NCBI RefSeq assembly: GCF_000143415.4
Contig: NW_003314372.1
Coordinates: forward strand, 184,898-248,897
Length of the DNA: 64,000 nucleotides
Direction of reading: 5' to 3'
DNA from: Selaginella moellendorffii
Lineage: Eukaryota > Plantae > Lycopodiophyta
Shown: piece after piece, positions 12,225-24,277 of the stretch
How positions within the stretch are numbered: position 1 is the first letter of the stretch
Layout: the number at the start of each line of letters is the position of its first letter
Program-made: the position numbers and the translations under genes
Notes under the pieces: model-generated
Told to the model about the DNA's origin: nothing
The model's database searches: none
Seen by the model: only the letters and a program-made list of their open reading frames with translations

Positions 12225-13049
12225 ATGGGGGTTTGGTGGCATGACAATTTAAGATGGCAGAAATATAGTTCCGACTTGTCTTCAAAGATCATGGCTGCGA
12301 AGAACTCCGGGGCCACGACCCTTGATCTCGGTGTCATTTTTTCCAGATCCCACCCTACAGGAGATTCATACCGCATTGACTTTGGCACTATGAAACAGAT
12401 CAACACAAGAACTGGTTGCAAGCGGTCTGTCAAGATTGTCTACTCGTGGCGAGGAGAGGCATCAAATTCCAGAATCACAGCCAAGATGGTCAGCCGAGAT
12501 GATGCTGTTTTGCTTCTGGACAATCTTTTGGATACGGAGCTCATGGAGATCATCGTGCCAGAGTTGCAAAGACAGTTCCCAAGGATACAGAGTGTTACTC
12601 CAAACCCGTTTCTGCAGGGTGGCGTCAGGAGCACCCATGGACGCTACCTCCAGTTCTGCAAGGCTCTCAGAGATCAAGGTGGCGGGCTTCGTAAGCTTGA
12701 TGTTTGCTTCCATGGGAGCCCCGCGGAGAACCTTTCGTCCATTTTACAGTTTGGTCTGGATCCGTCAAAAACCAGGTACCAGGTGTTGTACTTTGCGACG
12801 GACCCATCCGTGTCTGTTCCATATTGCCGCGTCAAGCCTGGGATGGGATCAGTCACCATGATATTACTCTTGCAGATTCCCAAAGTTGCAAGTGATAATG
12901 GAGAATCAGTTCGTACATTACCAGTCTCCATGCCAGAGTGCCTGCTTCCAATTGGGACTTGTGTAGTCTCACAAGAGCAAAATAACGAGAAAGTGAGCAA
13001 AAAATCAAGAGGCATCATGAATTTCTTTAAAAACATCTTATTTGTTTAA
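12225..13049 (+). CDS. Intronless WWE-domain + PARP/ADP-ribosyltransferase-like domain protein (274 aa)
   Basis: WWHDNLRWQKYS...YRIDFGTMKQINTRTGCKRSVK matches the WWE pattern. CFHGSPAENLSSILQFGLDP...LYFATDPSVSVPY matches the ART H-Y NAD-binding motifs. First ATG at 12225. Confidence 0.75.
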   Translation: MGVWWHDNLRWQKYSSDLSSKIMAAKNSGATTLDLGVIFSRSHPTGDSYRIDFGTMKQINTRTGCKRSVKIVYSWRGEASNSRITAKMVSRDDAVLLLDNLLDTELMEIIVPELQRQFPRIQSVTPNPFLQGGVRSTHGRYLQFCKALRDQGGGLRKLDVCFHGSPAENLSSILQFGLDPSKTRYQVLYFATDPSVSVPYCRVKPGMGSVTMILLLQIPKVASDNGESVRTLPVSMPECLLPIGTCVVSQEQNNEKVSKKSRGIMNFFKNILFV

Positions 13050-13170
13050 GGCAGTTTTAAAATTAAAATTTATATTTGCAATAAATTCCTTGAACTTCTC
13101 CAAGTATCAGATTCTCACGATATCATAGAAGGATTCCCATTCAAACTTTGATACCACAATCTTTGCTAAC

Positions 13171-14892
13171 TTATTTCCACGGCTGTATGACCGCAACAAC
13201 GATTATAATGACGATCACAAGCAAGAGGATGATGCCAACACACATGCACTTCCTCGTCCCTCGTTGCAATTTCTTCACTTTCTCCAACGCTGCGGTTCCC
13301 GTCTGGACGTGATCCACTGCTTTTGACACCTGAAGTAGTTCTAATCGTCAGAAACTTCCTCCTCTTTCTAGTTCTTCTCTTACTTGGTTCTCAATGTCGT
13401 CCAGCATCTCTCCTTGAGCTTCTACCAACACGGCCATATCCATGAAGATCTGAGAGCAAACACCGTGAAAGGATTGATAAATTTATCGAGCTACCTGATG
13501 CAAATCCAGCAGCTTCTTCTCAATGTCCCTCACTGCGTCGTGCCGTTCTTGTATCTCAGCAATTGTATCGAGTATCTAGAGCGAGGATAGTGATGCTAGC
13601 AGCAAAGAAAATGCAGGATCAAAGAGTGCTTACTTGGCCTCGGCCTTGTTCCTGAACAGCCTTTTGAAAAATTGTCTCACTGTCTCCAGTTTCGATCAAC
13701 TTGTCAACAGTCTGTACCCAAAAGAAGTAACCAAACGTGAGATTCACTTCGGAATCGGAGTCCCAGAACCAACTCACCTCTTCGTCAGGCTTCTGACCAG
13801 TCACTACCAGCAGGACACAAAAGGTGTAAGAAAAGAAAGAAAGGAAAAATCAAAGTGCTTGAAATATACCAGTTTCTTTGTGGATTAGGATGGTCGGAAA
13901 CCTGTAAATATCCTTCTTTCTACGACTTCGCGATACTCATCTTGTAGTTTTTGTCTTAGATTCTGCGGTTCCGTGGTCAAGAAAAACGGGAGAAAGTTTG
14001 TGCACTTTTGGTACCTGGAATTCTTGCATCACGTCTTTGAGTTTCTTCTTCAGCGTTCTGTTGTATTATTCTTAAGGTCAGTCAAAGGCTTTGCTAGCGG
14101 AAAGTAGAAACGAGCTTACACTGTCATTGACATTCTTGTGCGGTCAGTGCTAGATCCTTCCCCACAGTTTGATTTTTTCCTATTCAGAATGTTCTGCAGT
14201 AATGGTTAGAGCATACAAAAGAGAATATAAAATAGCTTACCGCTTTGTCTAGCGACTCTATTTTATGTTTAATGTCCTGCGTTATTTTAGTGACTACATC
14301 GACTTGTGCTTCCATCTCATTCTTCTTGGCTGAGAGACATTGCATTGTGTGATTTCAATCCGAAAAAGAGAAAGCGATTGAGACAACAGCATACCTTTCA
14401 TGACATCGGATTTTGTGACAGTCTTGGTATCCTCATGGGCATCCTAAACGTAAAGCTCTTACTTGAGTTACCGAAAAACAAAAAAGAAAAAGAAAAGAGA
14501 GAGAACCTGGAGTTTCTTGAGAGCTTTCCGAATGTTTGCCATCTCAGTTTTAATGTCCGCAACCTGCACGAGAGAAGAGATAAGGTAATGCGCAGAAAAC
14601 AATTTGCGCATTCACCTAAAGCAAATGCAAAAGAGAAGCTCTATGGAGTGCAGTAGAAGAAAAACCTGCTGAAAGAATTCGGTCATTCCCATATCATCTG
14701 CTGGAGCTACCTCATCCGCATTTTTCTTCTCCGCTTTCTTGCCTTTCTTCTTGGATTTCTTCTCTTTCTCTGGTTCTTCATCCTCGACGATCTGAATATC
14801 CTGTAAACAAAGACATATATATTTTTCACTCCATTCAGCCTAAGCTTCTATAGAGAATGCAGGCCACCACTCACCCCGAGAAGATCGTTCAT
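13171..14892 (-). CDS. SYP13: Qa-SNARE syntaxin, SYP13 (SYP131/132-like), many small exons
   Basis: MNDLL start; [36 protein letters not shown]; [41 protein letters not shown]; C-terminal TM segment ending QPWK*. Confidence 0.93.
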
Positions 14893-15133
14893 GGCAATGG
14901 ATCGATGAATCGATGGGGCGATGGGGCGATGGATCAAGTAAACCCTAGCTGGAGCGCTGGATCCTCGCGGGCCAGTGTTCTTGGCACAGACATAATAAAT
15001 ACGCGGAGGAAATGACCTAATTCCTGATCTCAGGCGATATTTGCCACGCTGGTCTTTCGGTTTAGGTCGAGAGCAAGAGAGAGAGGATGGATCGATGAAG
15101 CCCTAGCACGATTGTCAGCGCCGCTCGGCCGCC

Positions 15134-17173
15134 ATGACCGACGCATCAATTCGCGCGGAAGCGGAGCAGCTCAAGGAACAAGCCAACGCGGCATTTCAAG
15201 GTAGGCACTCATTCCTGGGGATTCTCTCAGCTGATTCCTTGGGATTTTCCAGCTTGTAAGTTCTCCCACGCCAGGGAGTTGTACACACGGGCGATTGAGC
15301 TCGATGGTAGCAATCCCGTGTACTGGGCAAACCGGGCCTTCACGAATGTGAAGCTGGAAGAGTATGGAACCGCCATTATGGACGCCACCAAGGCGATTGA
15401 GTTGGATCGCAAGTACGTGAAGGTATTTCTCTAGGAAATCGAGCTAGCTTTTGGTGCTTACTTTCCGAGAACTCTCTTTTTCTTCTTGCAGGGATACTAT
15501 CGACGAGGTGCGGCATATTTGGCTTTGGGAAAATTCAAAGAGGGGCTCAAGGACTTACGGCAGGTACTGTAGAGATTTTCTTTTTGCACAAAGTGTCACG
15601 AGAAGCTTTTTTCGTTTGTTTTTCTTCAAGGTATGCAAAATTGTTCCAAAAGATCCAGATGCAATGAGGAAGATCCGGGAGTGTGAGAATGCAATCAAGA
15701 AACTAAGATTCGAGGAAGCGGTTGCCAGCGATGAGAGACGCTCGGTTGCTGGAACAATAGATTACAGTGCTTTCGGTATGTTATGTGCGTTTTGTTTTGG
15801 AGAGCTCTTTGCTAATGTTTGTTTGGTTTTTGTTTTGCAGTAGTAGAGGACTCTTACACAGGAGCAAGGATACAGGGCCAGCATTTAGATTTGGCGTTTG
15901 TGAAGCAGATGATGCAGGATTTCAAGGACGAGAAACGGTTGCACAAAAGGTGTGGATTACTATTGTTGCTGGCAATGTGTTGATTATTACGTTTCAGATA
16001 CGCTTATCAGATAATGCGCGAAGCTTTGGATTTACTCTCTAGTCTTCCGTCTCTTGTGGAAGTAACAATCCCAGACAAATGCCATATAACTGTGTGTGGT
16101 GACATTCACGGCCAGGTAGAACTCCGCTTTCTTTCGTTATACTATCGTCGGCTGACTTTTGACACTTCCAGTATTACGACCTGCTTAACATCTTTGAGAT
16201 GAACGGCCTACCTTCAAATGAGAATCCTTACCTTTTTAACGGCGATTTTGTGGATCGCGGTTCTTTCTCAGTGGAGGTGATTCTGACTTTGTTCGCTTTT
16301 AAGTGCCTATATCCTCAAGGTTTGTGTGCCTTTTGTTCTTTCCGGATTTCCGACGAGCTAGAGACTTTTTGGTTGCAGGCATTTATCTGGCGAGGGGAAA
16401 TCACGAGAGTCAAAGTATGAACAAGATCTACGGTTTTGATGGTGAAGTCAAGGCCAAATACTTCTCCGACGTTATGCCAGAGTACTTTTCCGAGATATTC
16501 TGTGCTCTTCCGCTTGCACACGTCTTGAACAGCAAAGTATTCGTTGTCCACGGCGGTTTGTTTAGCACTGACAACGTAAAACTCTCCGACATTCGAGCCA
16601 TCGACCGATTCAAGCAGCCGCCTGACGAAGGTACTAGTTTATCCGCTCAGTTTTGTGTTTCACGTTCAACTCCCTCCATGCAGGCTTGATGTGCGAGATG
16701 CTCTGGAGTGACCCTCATCCTGGCCTTGGAAGACAACCAAGCAAACGCGGGGTTGGATTATCCTTCGGCTCGGATGTGACCGAGAAGTTTTTGGAGCAAA
16801 ACAATCTCGGTATTGCTCGTTTTCCTTCCTTTTTACCTTCCAGTTCTAACTGGTGTCGTTTTAGATCTTGTTGTAAGATCACACGAGGTGAAACCAGAAG
16901 GCTACGAGCAAGAACACAAAGGAAAACTCATCACCGTCTTCTCTGCTCCAAACTACTGCGATCAGATTGGCAACAAAGGAGCGTTTGTGCGGTTCGTGGC
17001 ACCACATATGAAGCCCGAGTTCACGACATTCAAAGACGTGGTATGTGAAAAGTGGTTTCCTTCGCTCTCTCTTCTTTCGTTTTGATCGATCGTTTTCTTT
17101 GGTGTAGCCTCATCCAAGCGTGAAACCAATGGCTTACGCACCCCAAGCCTATGCGAGCAGCTTTGGATTCTAG
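15134..17173 (+). CDS. PP5: Serine/threonine protein phosphatase 5 (TPR + PPP catalytic domain)
   Basis: TPR (AEQLKEQAN...YTRAIEL...YWANRA, KGYYRRG), [54 protein letters not shown]. Confidence 0.97.
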
Positions 17174-17368
17174 AGACCGAGACGAGTGGATTCAAGATGA
17201 TGAAGAAGCTTTCGATGTTATGTGGTATTGAGCTAAGGATTTAAAACAGACCAGAGTTTTTTTTTTTCTCAGCTAGATCGCGATAACATCTCCAAAATTG
17301 CGCATGAAGAAGATTGCTCCTCCAAACAGTCCCAGCGCTCTAGCCAGCCTCTGCGGTATATACATCAA

Positions 17369-17548
17369 TCAATAAATGGATGGATGCAAGAGTGATTTTA
17401 CCATGTTGAAGGCGCTGCGCTCGTCATCGTAGAGCTCAAACTCAATCCGGCGCTTGACGCCGCGGACGAAGCCCGAGGCGCTCTCGTAGGCAGCCGCGAT
17501 CGCGCCCTTGCTCTCCTTGCCGCCATCGTCTTCGTGGATTCGCACCAT
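17369..17548 (-). CDS. Putative 59-aa small protein, unknown function
   Basis: ATG at 17548 just downstream of a telo-box; GC-rich, codon-like ORF MVRIHEDDGG...IEFELYDDERSAFNMVKSLLHPSIY*. Confidence 0.5.
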   Translation of the reverse strand: MVRIHEDDGGKESKGAIAAAYESASGFVRGVKRRIEFELYDDERSAFNMVKSLLHPSIY

Positions 17549-17634
17549 TTCCTCTCCGCCCAAAAACCCTAGCGGAAACTAGATTTTAGGGTTCTACCCA
17601 ACACTAGGGTTTTAGCGAGGCCGGAGCCGGAGGC

Positions 17635-18050
17635 ATGGCGCGGGACTGCCTGGTTCATGTCACCACTGGCGTCGCTGTTGGAGGCGCAGTGGGCGGAGCT
17701 CTAGGTATTTCTTCCTAGCGGCATTCGCGCAATCAATTGATTCCTCCTTTGATCGATTCGTTTCCAGGTGCTGTGTATGGAACATATGAGGCGTTTCGGT
17801 TCAAGGTAAGCACAAATTGGGATTGGATGCTTGCTCAAAACAAGATTTTGGATGCTTGCTCAAAACGAGATTTTGGATGCTTGCTCGAAACTTTTCTTTC
17901 GATCGATCGATCTATTGACGATTGTCTTTCCCTCTTTCCCAGGTTCCAGGGATGTTTAAAGTACGCTATGTTGGACAGACTACGCTAGGAAGCGCCGCGG
18001 TGTTTGGACTGTTTCTGGGTGTAGGAAGCTTGATTCACTGTGGAAGATAG
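17635..18050 (+). CDS. ROMO1: ROMO1/Mgr2 mitochondrial inner-membrane protein, 3 exons
   Basis: MARDCLVHVTTGVAVGGAVGGALG-AVYGTYEAFRFK-VPGMFKVRYVGQTTLGSAAVFGLFLGVGSLIHCGR*. Confidence 0.9.
17823..17891 (+). repeat. Intronic 25-bp tandem repeat (about 2.8 copies)
   Basis: ttggatgcttgctcaaaac(a/g)agatt repeated in ROMO1 intron 2. Confidence 0.85.
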
Positions 18051-18338
18051 ATTCCAAAAAGGTGAACCATCTCAATTCTGCTCCATGGTTGTAGCCTCAC
18101 TTTGGATCGATCCAGGAAAGATGGATGGATTCTCCACATCTCTTGTTCTGTATTTATTCGTAGTGGGGCTTGTTTCTTTCGTTCTTTTTTCTTCGCGGTC
18201 CATGAGCTCCATCCATAGAGCGAGCGAGGCCGACACATTTTGGTAAATCTTTCACACTTGGGAATAAGATTATCAAACGCTTTGGTAAACAAAGTTGGAG
18301 TTTTGTTCTAGAGGAGACAAACGAAGAACATATGAACT

Positions 18339-21300
18339 TTAGAGCTTCATTTCATCCGCGGTGGAGAATTGCATACGCTTGCTGTATGACAAATCGAATG
18401 GCGAGAGAAGAAAATAGCTGGAAGAATAGTCCTGCTGCTGCTGCTGCTGCTGCTGCTCGTCGTCCGGCATCACCACCCGATTGAAAGCTGCGACGACGTT
18501 CCCAGAAAACATGGAGAACTCCGGTGAGCTCTCCACTGCCGAGAGGTGGTGATCTTGCTTGCTGGGGAGCGTGAAGGCCGGCACCGAGAACAGGCTCTGG
18601 GTTTCCTCGCCACCAAAGTTGGACTGGCGTGTCATCTCTCCCAGGTGATCCCCCCAGATGTCGTAGACGAGATCGACTGTCGGTGACGAGCAGGAGGCCT
18701 GGTCGATTACGTCATCGCTCGAGAACCTGCTGCTCGTGTTGCAACTGCTGCTGCTGGAATCGTTGAGCTCGCTCGCACTCGTAGTATCGCTGCTGCTGTT
18801 CTTGGGAATCTTGCTCCCTGGAGCTCGGACAGACGGACTTATCTGCGACTGGAGCCGTGAACTGTTTGGAAAGCTAGCGGACTGCATCAGCGTTTTCTTC
18901 TTATTGGCTGGAACTCCATCGTCGTGTGTTGATGTTCCTGCTTTTGGGTTTCCACCACCATCACCACCACCATCAGTAACTGACTTTCGAGCGACCGTCA
19001 CCCATTCTCCATTCCCCGAAGCTTTGGACGCGTGATGGTGGCGCTGCTTCTCCTTGCTTGGCTTGAGCTCGCTGGCCACCACTTTCTTGCGTATCTCGTC
19101 CTTCGGAACCCAGTGTGCTGCTGAAGTGTTGGATGAGGAAGATGACAGTGACGGCGCCGAGGTCATTCTTCGGCCAACTTCGATATCCAGCCTCGAAAGT
19201 TTTGTGTCGGCGGCGGAGTGGTGGTGGTGATCGTCGGAGGAGAAGAGGGCGGGCCTCTGCGAGCTCAGTGGAGAAGCTGGTGAGGAACTCGGTGGAGAAG
19301 CTCCGCTTCTAGAAGCCTCGTGTTTCACCAGCGACACCGGGCCCTTCTTCCTCTTGCGTTTGCCACCTCGTTCCAGCTGCGTCTTCCTCGGAGACGAGGT
19401 TGGAGACATCGCTATGCTGTGCTGCTGCTTCGTAGCTTGGAGAAAATCAGAAGACGTGGAGCCAGCGCCAAGCTCGCCTTTAGAAATCCCGTCGTCGCTC
19501 GTCTGGTGTCGACCATCTTCAGCCACCTCTTCAGTCACCTTGACACGTATCTTCGACAAATTTGATGGGCCTGTCGTCTCTTCAGCGATGATGCTGCTCG
19601 GTGAGAAGTCCCTGAACAGCGGCAGGCTGCCTGCCATTGCGGAACCACTGTCGCAGTCGGAGCTACTGAGTTTCTTGCTGCCAACTTTGGCTGGGAGAAC
19701 CAGTACCGTGCAAAGCAGGCCGACGAATCCGACGTAGACAAAGAGCTTTCGGTACTTGAAGTAGGCAGGGATGTTGGCACAGAGACGAAGCATGTGATCA
19801 GGCAGGACCACCATCACAGGGACGTTGACAGTCCCGATCGAAGTAATGAGCTGGAGATTGTTGTGTCGTACTTGCGGCGAGACGAAGTCGTTTGACCTGT
19901 ACGAGAGCTCGATCAGAGTGGTTTCTCCAGCCGCTAGGAGGAATCCACCGCAAGAACCAAGCTCAAATCCTTGCGAGCTGCATCCACCACTCATAAGTGA
20001 CACCGAGTGCACTCTGAGAGGAATGTCACCTGTGTTCCTGGCTACGAAGCTTCCGTTCACAGGCTGCTTGCAAGATTCCGAGTTGATCTTCTCGGATAGG
20101 CTCGATAGATTCTCGTCAATCCCTGATGTCACAGTTGAGACAATTCGCAATGTCGTGCCAACCAGCCGAAGAGTCTCGACCGGTACGTTGTCCTCCAAGA
20201 ACTTCAATTCGGCTGAGCTTCCGGTACCGCGTACCGGTATCCAGTCGATTGCTGTGAGGTTGTTCTTCACAGCTAGAAGACCTGTCCAAGTGCATCTCTG
20301 AGTCGGACGGAACAAGAGAGGCCCCAGATCAGCTTCCTGATAAGCTCTGAGAACCGTATCAGAAAGTCCACCTTCCTGTAAAACGAACGGACTTTTGTCG
20401 TCCCGAGCTTTGCAATCGCCGGACAACCCGATGGAACATTGACAACCAGAAGCTTCCCACTCGTGGCTCGGCAACAGCTTCACGGAAACGGGTCCATCAC
20501 TGGGATTTTTGAAATGTAGCCAGACTGCCTCGGACCCTCCAACTTGGACGGTAGGAAGAATCAGTCCAGACTGCACGAAAAGGGATTGCGCAACCAGCTG
20601 TTGATGGTCATTCACCTCAACACCACCGGAGGGGAAAGTACCACTCTCAATATCGTTTTGCCCAAGTGTTCTACGTTCCAGCTTCTGCAAAATCGGCAAA
20701 AAGTGAGACGAAAAAACTAAAAGGTAAAGCAGTAATTTTCAAGACAACTTTACCTGTAACTGCGACAACTTTATATCAACTCCAGCTTCAGCGAAAAGGA
20801 CTCGCTCATCAACTTCGCCGTCGTCTCCCATGCTCGCTGATCCATGCAAGACCACAGCATGAAATGGAACTCGGATGATCTTACTTTGAGGGCTGCTGCC
20901 GTTGGTGTGAATGATCAGCGTCTCCAAGCCTGGAGAGTCCGCATCATCGGTCACCAAAGACAAGGTTTCCTCGATGCCCTGGTACCACGCGACCGCTACC
21001 TGTGCTTGCGTTCCGGGATGAACAACAAGGCCTTTCCTGTACCGAACTGCTATCAGATTTTTTCTACTCGGACTATCCACAGCATCACCCCGACTTACGA
21101 GCCTGATCACTAAACTGTCGGGCCCTGTGTTGAGTAACGTTACAGCCTGCTTCTTCACCTCTCTCCTGCTGCTAAGAAAACCAAAATTGATCACCTCTGG
21201 GACCGGCTCCAAAACCTGTCCTTGACTTCCAACTCTCACGTTAAATGGAATCAAAAGCTTTTCCTCGTCCACTTCTTTCGCTGCCAATGTAGAAAAGAGG

Positions 21301-22487
21301 GACAGTCCGAGGTAGATGAATCCGCTCCAGGTCCCTGTTGATTCGGCAGCTTTGAAGTGAACCTCGAGAACGTCCGACACGGAACCGGGACTTATCTCCC
21401 ACGGAGCCACCGGTTTCAAGGTGAGATAGCTTCCCTGCTCTCGGTGATGACCCACGCAGCTGCACGAGGAACTGTCCGAGGAACAACACCGAGTGACACC
21501 AACATCGTTGTTATGAGGATTCGTCAGGATCAACGTCCTGTTGTTCGAATCCGCCGGCCAGCCGCGAGCTTCCTTGACTCTGATAACTCGACCACCTTGA
21601 TCACCAGCCTTGTTGTGAAGTGAGATGGAGAACCGAAGAGTTTGTCCGCGGGTCACGGTCCTTCTTCCCAAGGGAGCAAGGCCTAAGGGAGAAGCGATAC
21701 CATTCCCTTGCACTTGGACGAAGAAACCACCGAGGCTGGTCTGTAGCAAAACCACCGCTTGAGCCTGTCCTAGCGACCTGGGCCAGAAGATGATGTCTAG
21801 CGAAACCTCTTGCCCGGGCCGGAGATCCAATGGGGTTGGAGCGAAAGCGGCGGCATAGAACTGGATGCTGGAGCTGAAAGGAGTAAAGATCTTGAGCAGC
21901 GTGCTGTTGCAACGATTGGATACGGTGACCGTCAATGCCGACGGCGAGAAGAGCGGCCTATCCCCCCACTCCAAGAACGGAGGAAAAATCCCAACTTTGG
22001 GAGAGGACGATGTCGATGCTGGTCCCGGAGCAGCAGCAGCAGTGGCATCAAGATCATCCTGATAGCGATGGCGATGATCCCTGAGGGCTGCTGCCGATGA
22101 CTGCAGCGGCGCAGGGAAGCCAACAAAACCCGGTTGGGAAACGACGATCTCGCAGGGTACCCTTGTCTGCTCGTCCGCCAGTGGCACAGCAGGCTTACCA
22201 GTGCCCGATTCGTGCTTGTTGCTGTCCACGACTAGATTCCTCCCAGTCTCTTGCGCTTGATCGCCCCCCACCGAGCCAGAAATGCACAACAAGACAAGTA
22301 TCGCGAACCAAGAAGCCAGGAGCGGCAGAAATTGCGACGACGCTGGCAGCGACCTGTCAAAACGAAAGCGCTCAATCAATCTATCGCCCCACAGCATAGC
22401 ATCATCCAAGAAGAGAGAGGGCCCGAGAATCGAAATATTTTACCTGGGAATGGAGGAATGGCGACCCGACGGCACCGACGCGAGCAT
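18339..22487 (-). CDS. TMEM131-like (DUF3651) large type-I membrane protein
   Basis: Signal-like segment; PPFLEWGDRPLFSPS..LTVSNRC...SSIQFY...FWPRSLG...LQTSLGGF.VQ.QG; KNNLT; F.ARNTGDIPL.V...GCSSQGF...F.L..GE...I..SY; one TM segment then a Ser-rich tail with YDIWGDH. 5' exon (ATG 22487) is inferred. Confidence 0.8.
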
Positions 22488-23261
22488 CCATGATTGCAAG
22501 GGACTCGAAATCGATGCCCCGGAGGAAGACGATGCCAGGGAGAGGAGAAATATCAGTGCCAGCAGCACCATCACACACACACCAGCGAGAGCAGCAGCGG
22601 CAGCGAGGAGCGAGAGAGAGAGATTTACGCCAAGAGCATCAGGCGCGCCGCGATGGCCAAAACCTCATTCTTCCCAAAAACCCTTCCTCTGCCGCTGCCG
22701 CTGCTTGTCTTGGTCGCAAGAACGCCCGGGAAGAAAGCTATCTATCTATCTATCCTCCCCAGAAAAAAAGACCTAAGAGCTAATAGGAAGAAGAGGAAGA
22801 ACGCTCTATAGCTAAAGCCTCTTTCTCTTTCTGTCCGTGGCCATCAAAAGAAAAAAAAAAAAAGGAGGAATAATGTTGGTATCTGGAATTGAACCACGCA
22901 CTACCTCGCAAGAAAAAGTATAGTAGCAAATTTTCTATGGTATCGAGGAAATCATCCACCCTTTCTCACTAAGATTTAATCGAATAAGAATATGGTGAGT
23001 CGCGGATCTTCACTGTTTGCTGGAAGAACAAGAACTATAGTTTTAGCACATAACACCTCTTTTCTTTTGGAATCTTGTCATCTTCCACGTACGTCCGCCA
23101 CCAATCGCTCGCCGGGAAGGTTTTCCAAGTGTCCCACTCTTGGATTCGTTTTGTTTTTCCATTCTGCTGGATCGATCGATCGACCCCACTCCTTGTTGGA
23201 TTCGTTTGTCGCTCCTAGTTACCGACCGCGATCGATGAATCGATCGATCTTCTACGAGCTT

Positions 23262-24037
23262 CTACGAGCTCACTGGCGATGGCGATGGCGCCTGTCCTTG
23301 CTCCTGCTGTGACGACGCTGGCGATGGCGATGGCGGTGACGAGGGAGTGATGAACGCCATGAGTTTCTTCTTCCAGGCCGCGTCTTCCTGCTTGTTGACC
23401 CACGAGAGGAAGGCGCTTTCGAGCAGGCAGAGCGAGTTGAGATAGAGGAGCTGATGCTCTACCGGGACGAAGCGAAAGTTGACGGCCTGGAGCAGAGGCC
23501 ACACCATTCCACCCGATACGAGGGCCGGGACTATGTCTCGCTTGACGTCGGCAAACACCTGAGAGCTCGGCTTTCCAGCCGTGAATCCCATCAATGAGAA
23601 GAAGAGTCCCAAGTGCACAGGCTCCAGCAAAGCGTCCGGGACGAGCTTTGCCACAATGAATCGCGGAGAATTTGGCGTCAGCAAAAGTTTCTTCTTCACG
23701 AATCTGTCCAGCCCCTGGTACCTGGCAGCAGCGCAATTCGTCAAAAGAGCTCCTCCGGCACAAAGGGGAAAAGAGGGAAAAGAGAAATTTGCGATCGATC
23801 GGCTGCCTACCAGTAATGACCGGCCGGCCCGACGAATCCCAATCCAAAAATGCAGCACGCCGCTGTTCTTTTCAGATCGATCGGCCTCTCCTCGTCGTCG
23901 TCTTGCATCGACGCATTAATCTTCTGCGCGATCACGTCGCCGCTTCCCCACAGGATCCCTGACACGATTGCTTGCGTGCGTACCGGGCGCGCCGCGAGCT
24001 GGCTGCGATACCACGACCACGCTCGACCTGCCGCCAT
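23262..24037 (-). CDS. Mpv17/PMP22 family membrane protein
   Basis: WYRSQLAARPVRTQAIVSG.LWG.GD..AQ, FGLGFVGPAGHYWY, WPLLQAVNFRFVPVEHQLLYLN. Confidence 0.93.
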
Positions 24038-24277
24038 CGCCGTCACTCGTCCATTGTACGCCAAAACCCTAGACTGGCCGATGGTGGTATATCCGCGAGA
24101 ATCTTTGAAAGAATCCTTCCTCGTGCTTCAAAATCTGGGATGGGATGACCCGGCATTGGCAGAAATCTCGAAATTTCTTGATCCACTGGAAGTGTGGAGC
24201 AGCGGAGCAATGGATCAAGCAGCGAACCGCGAGAAATATTTCACTGAGCCCTTGTTAGGGTTCTTCATTACCGCATT

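Noticed and set aside
17823-17891. CRISPR-like or other prokaryotic repeat array
   Set aside because: Plant intronic head-to-tail tandem repeat without unique spacers. The same applies to 31261-31416.
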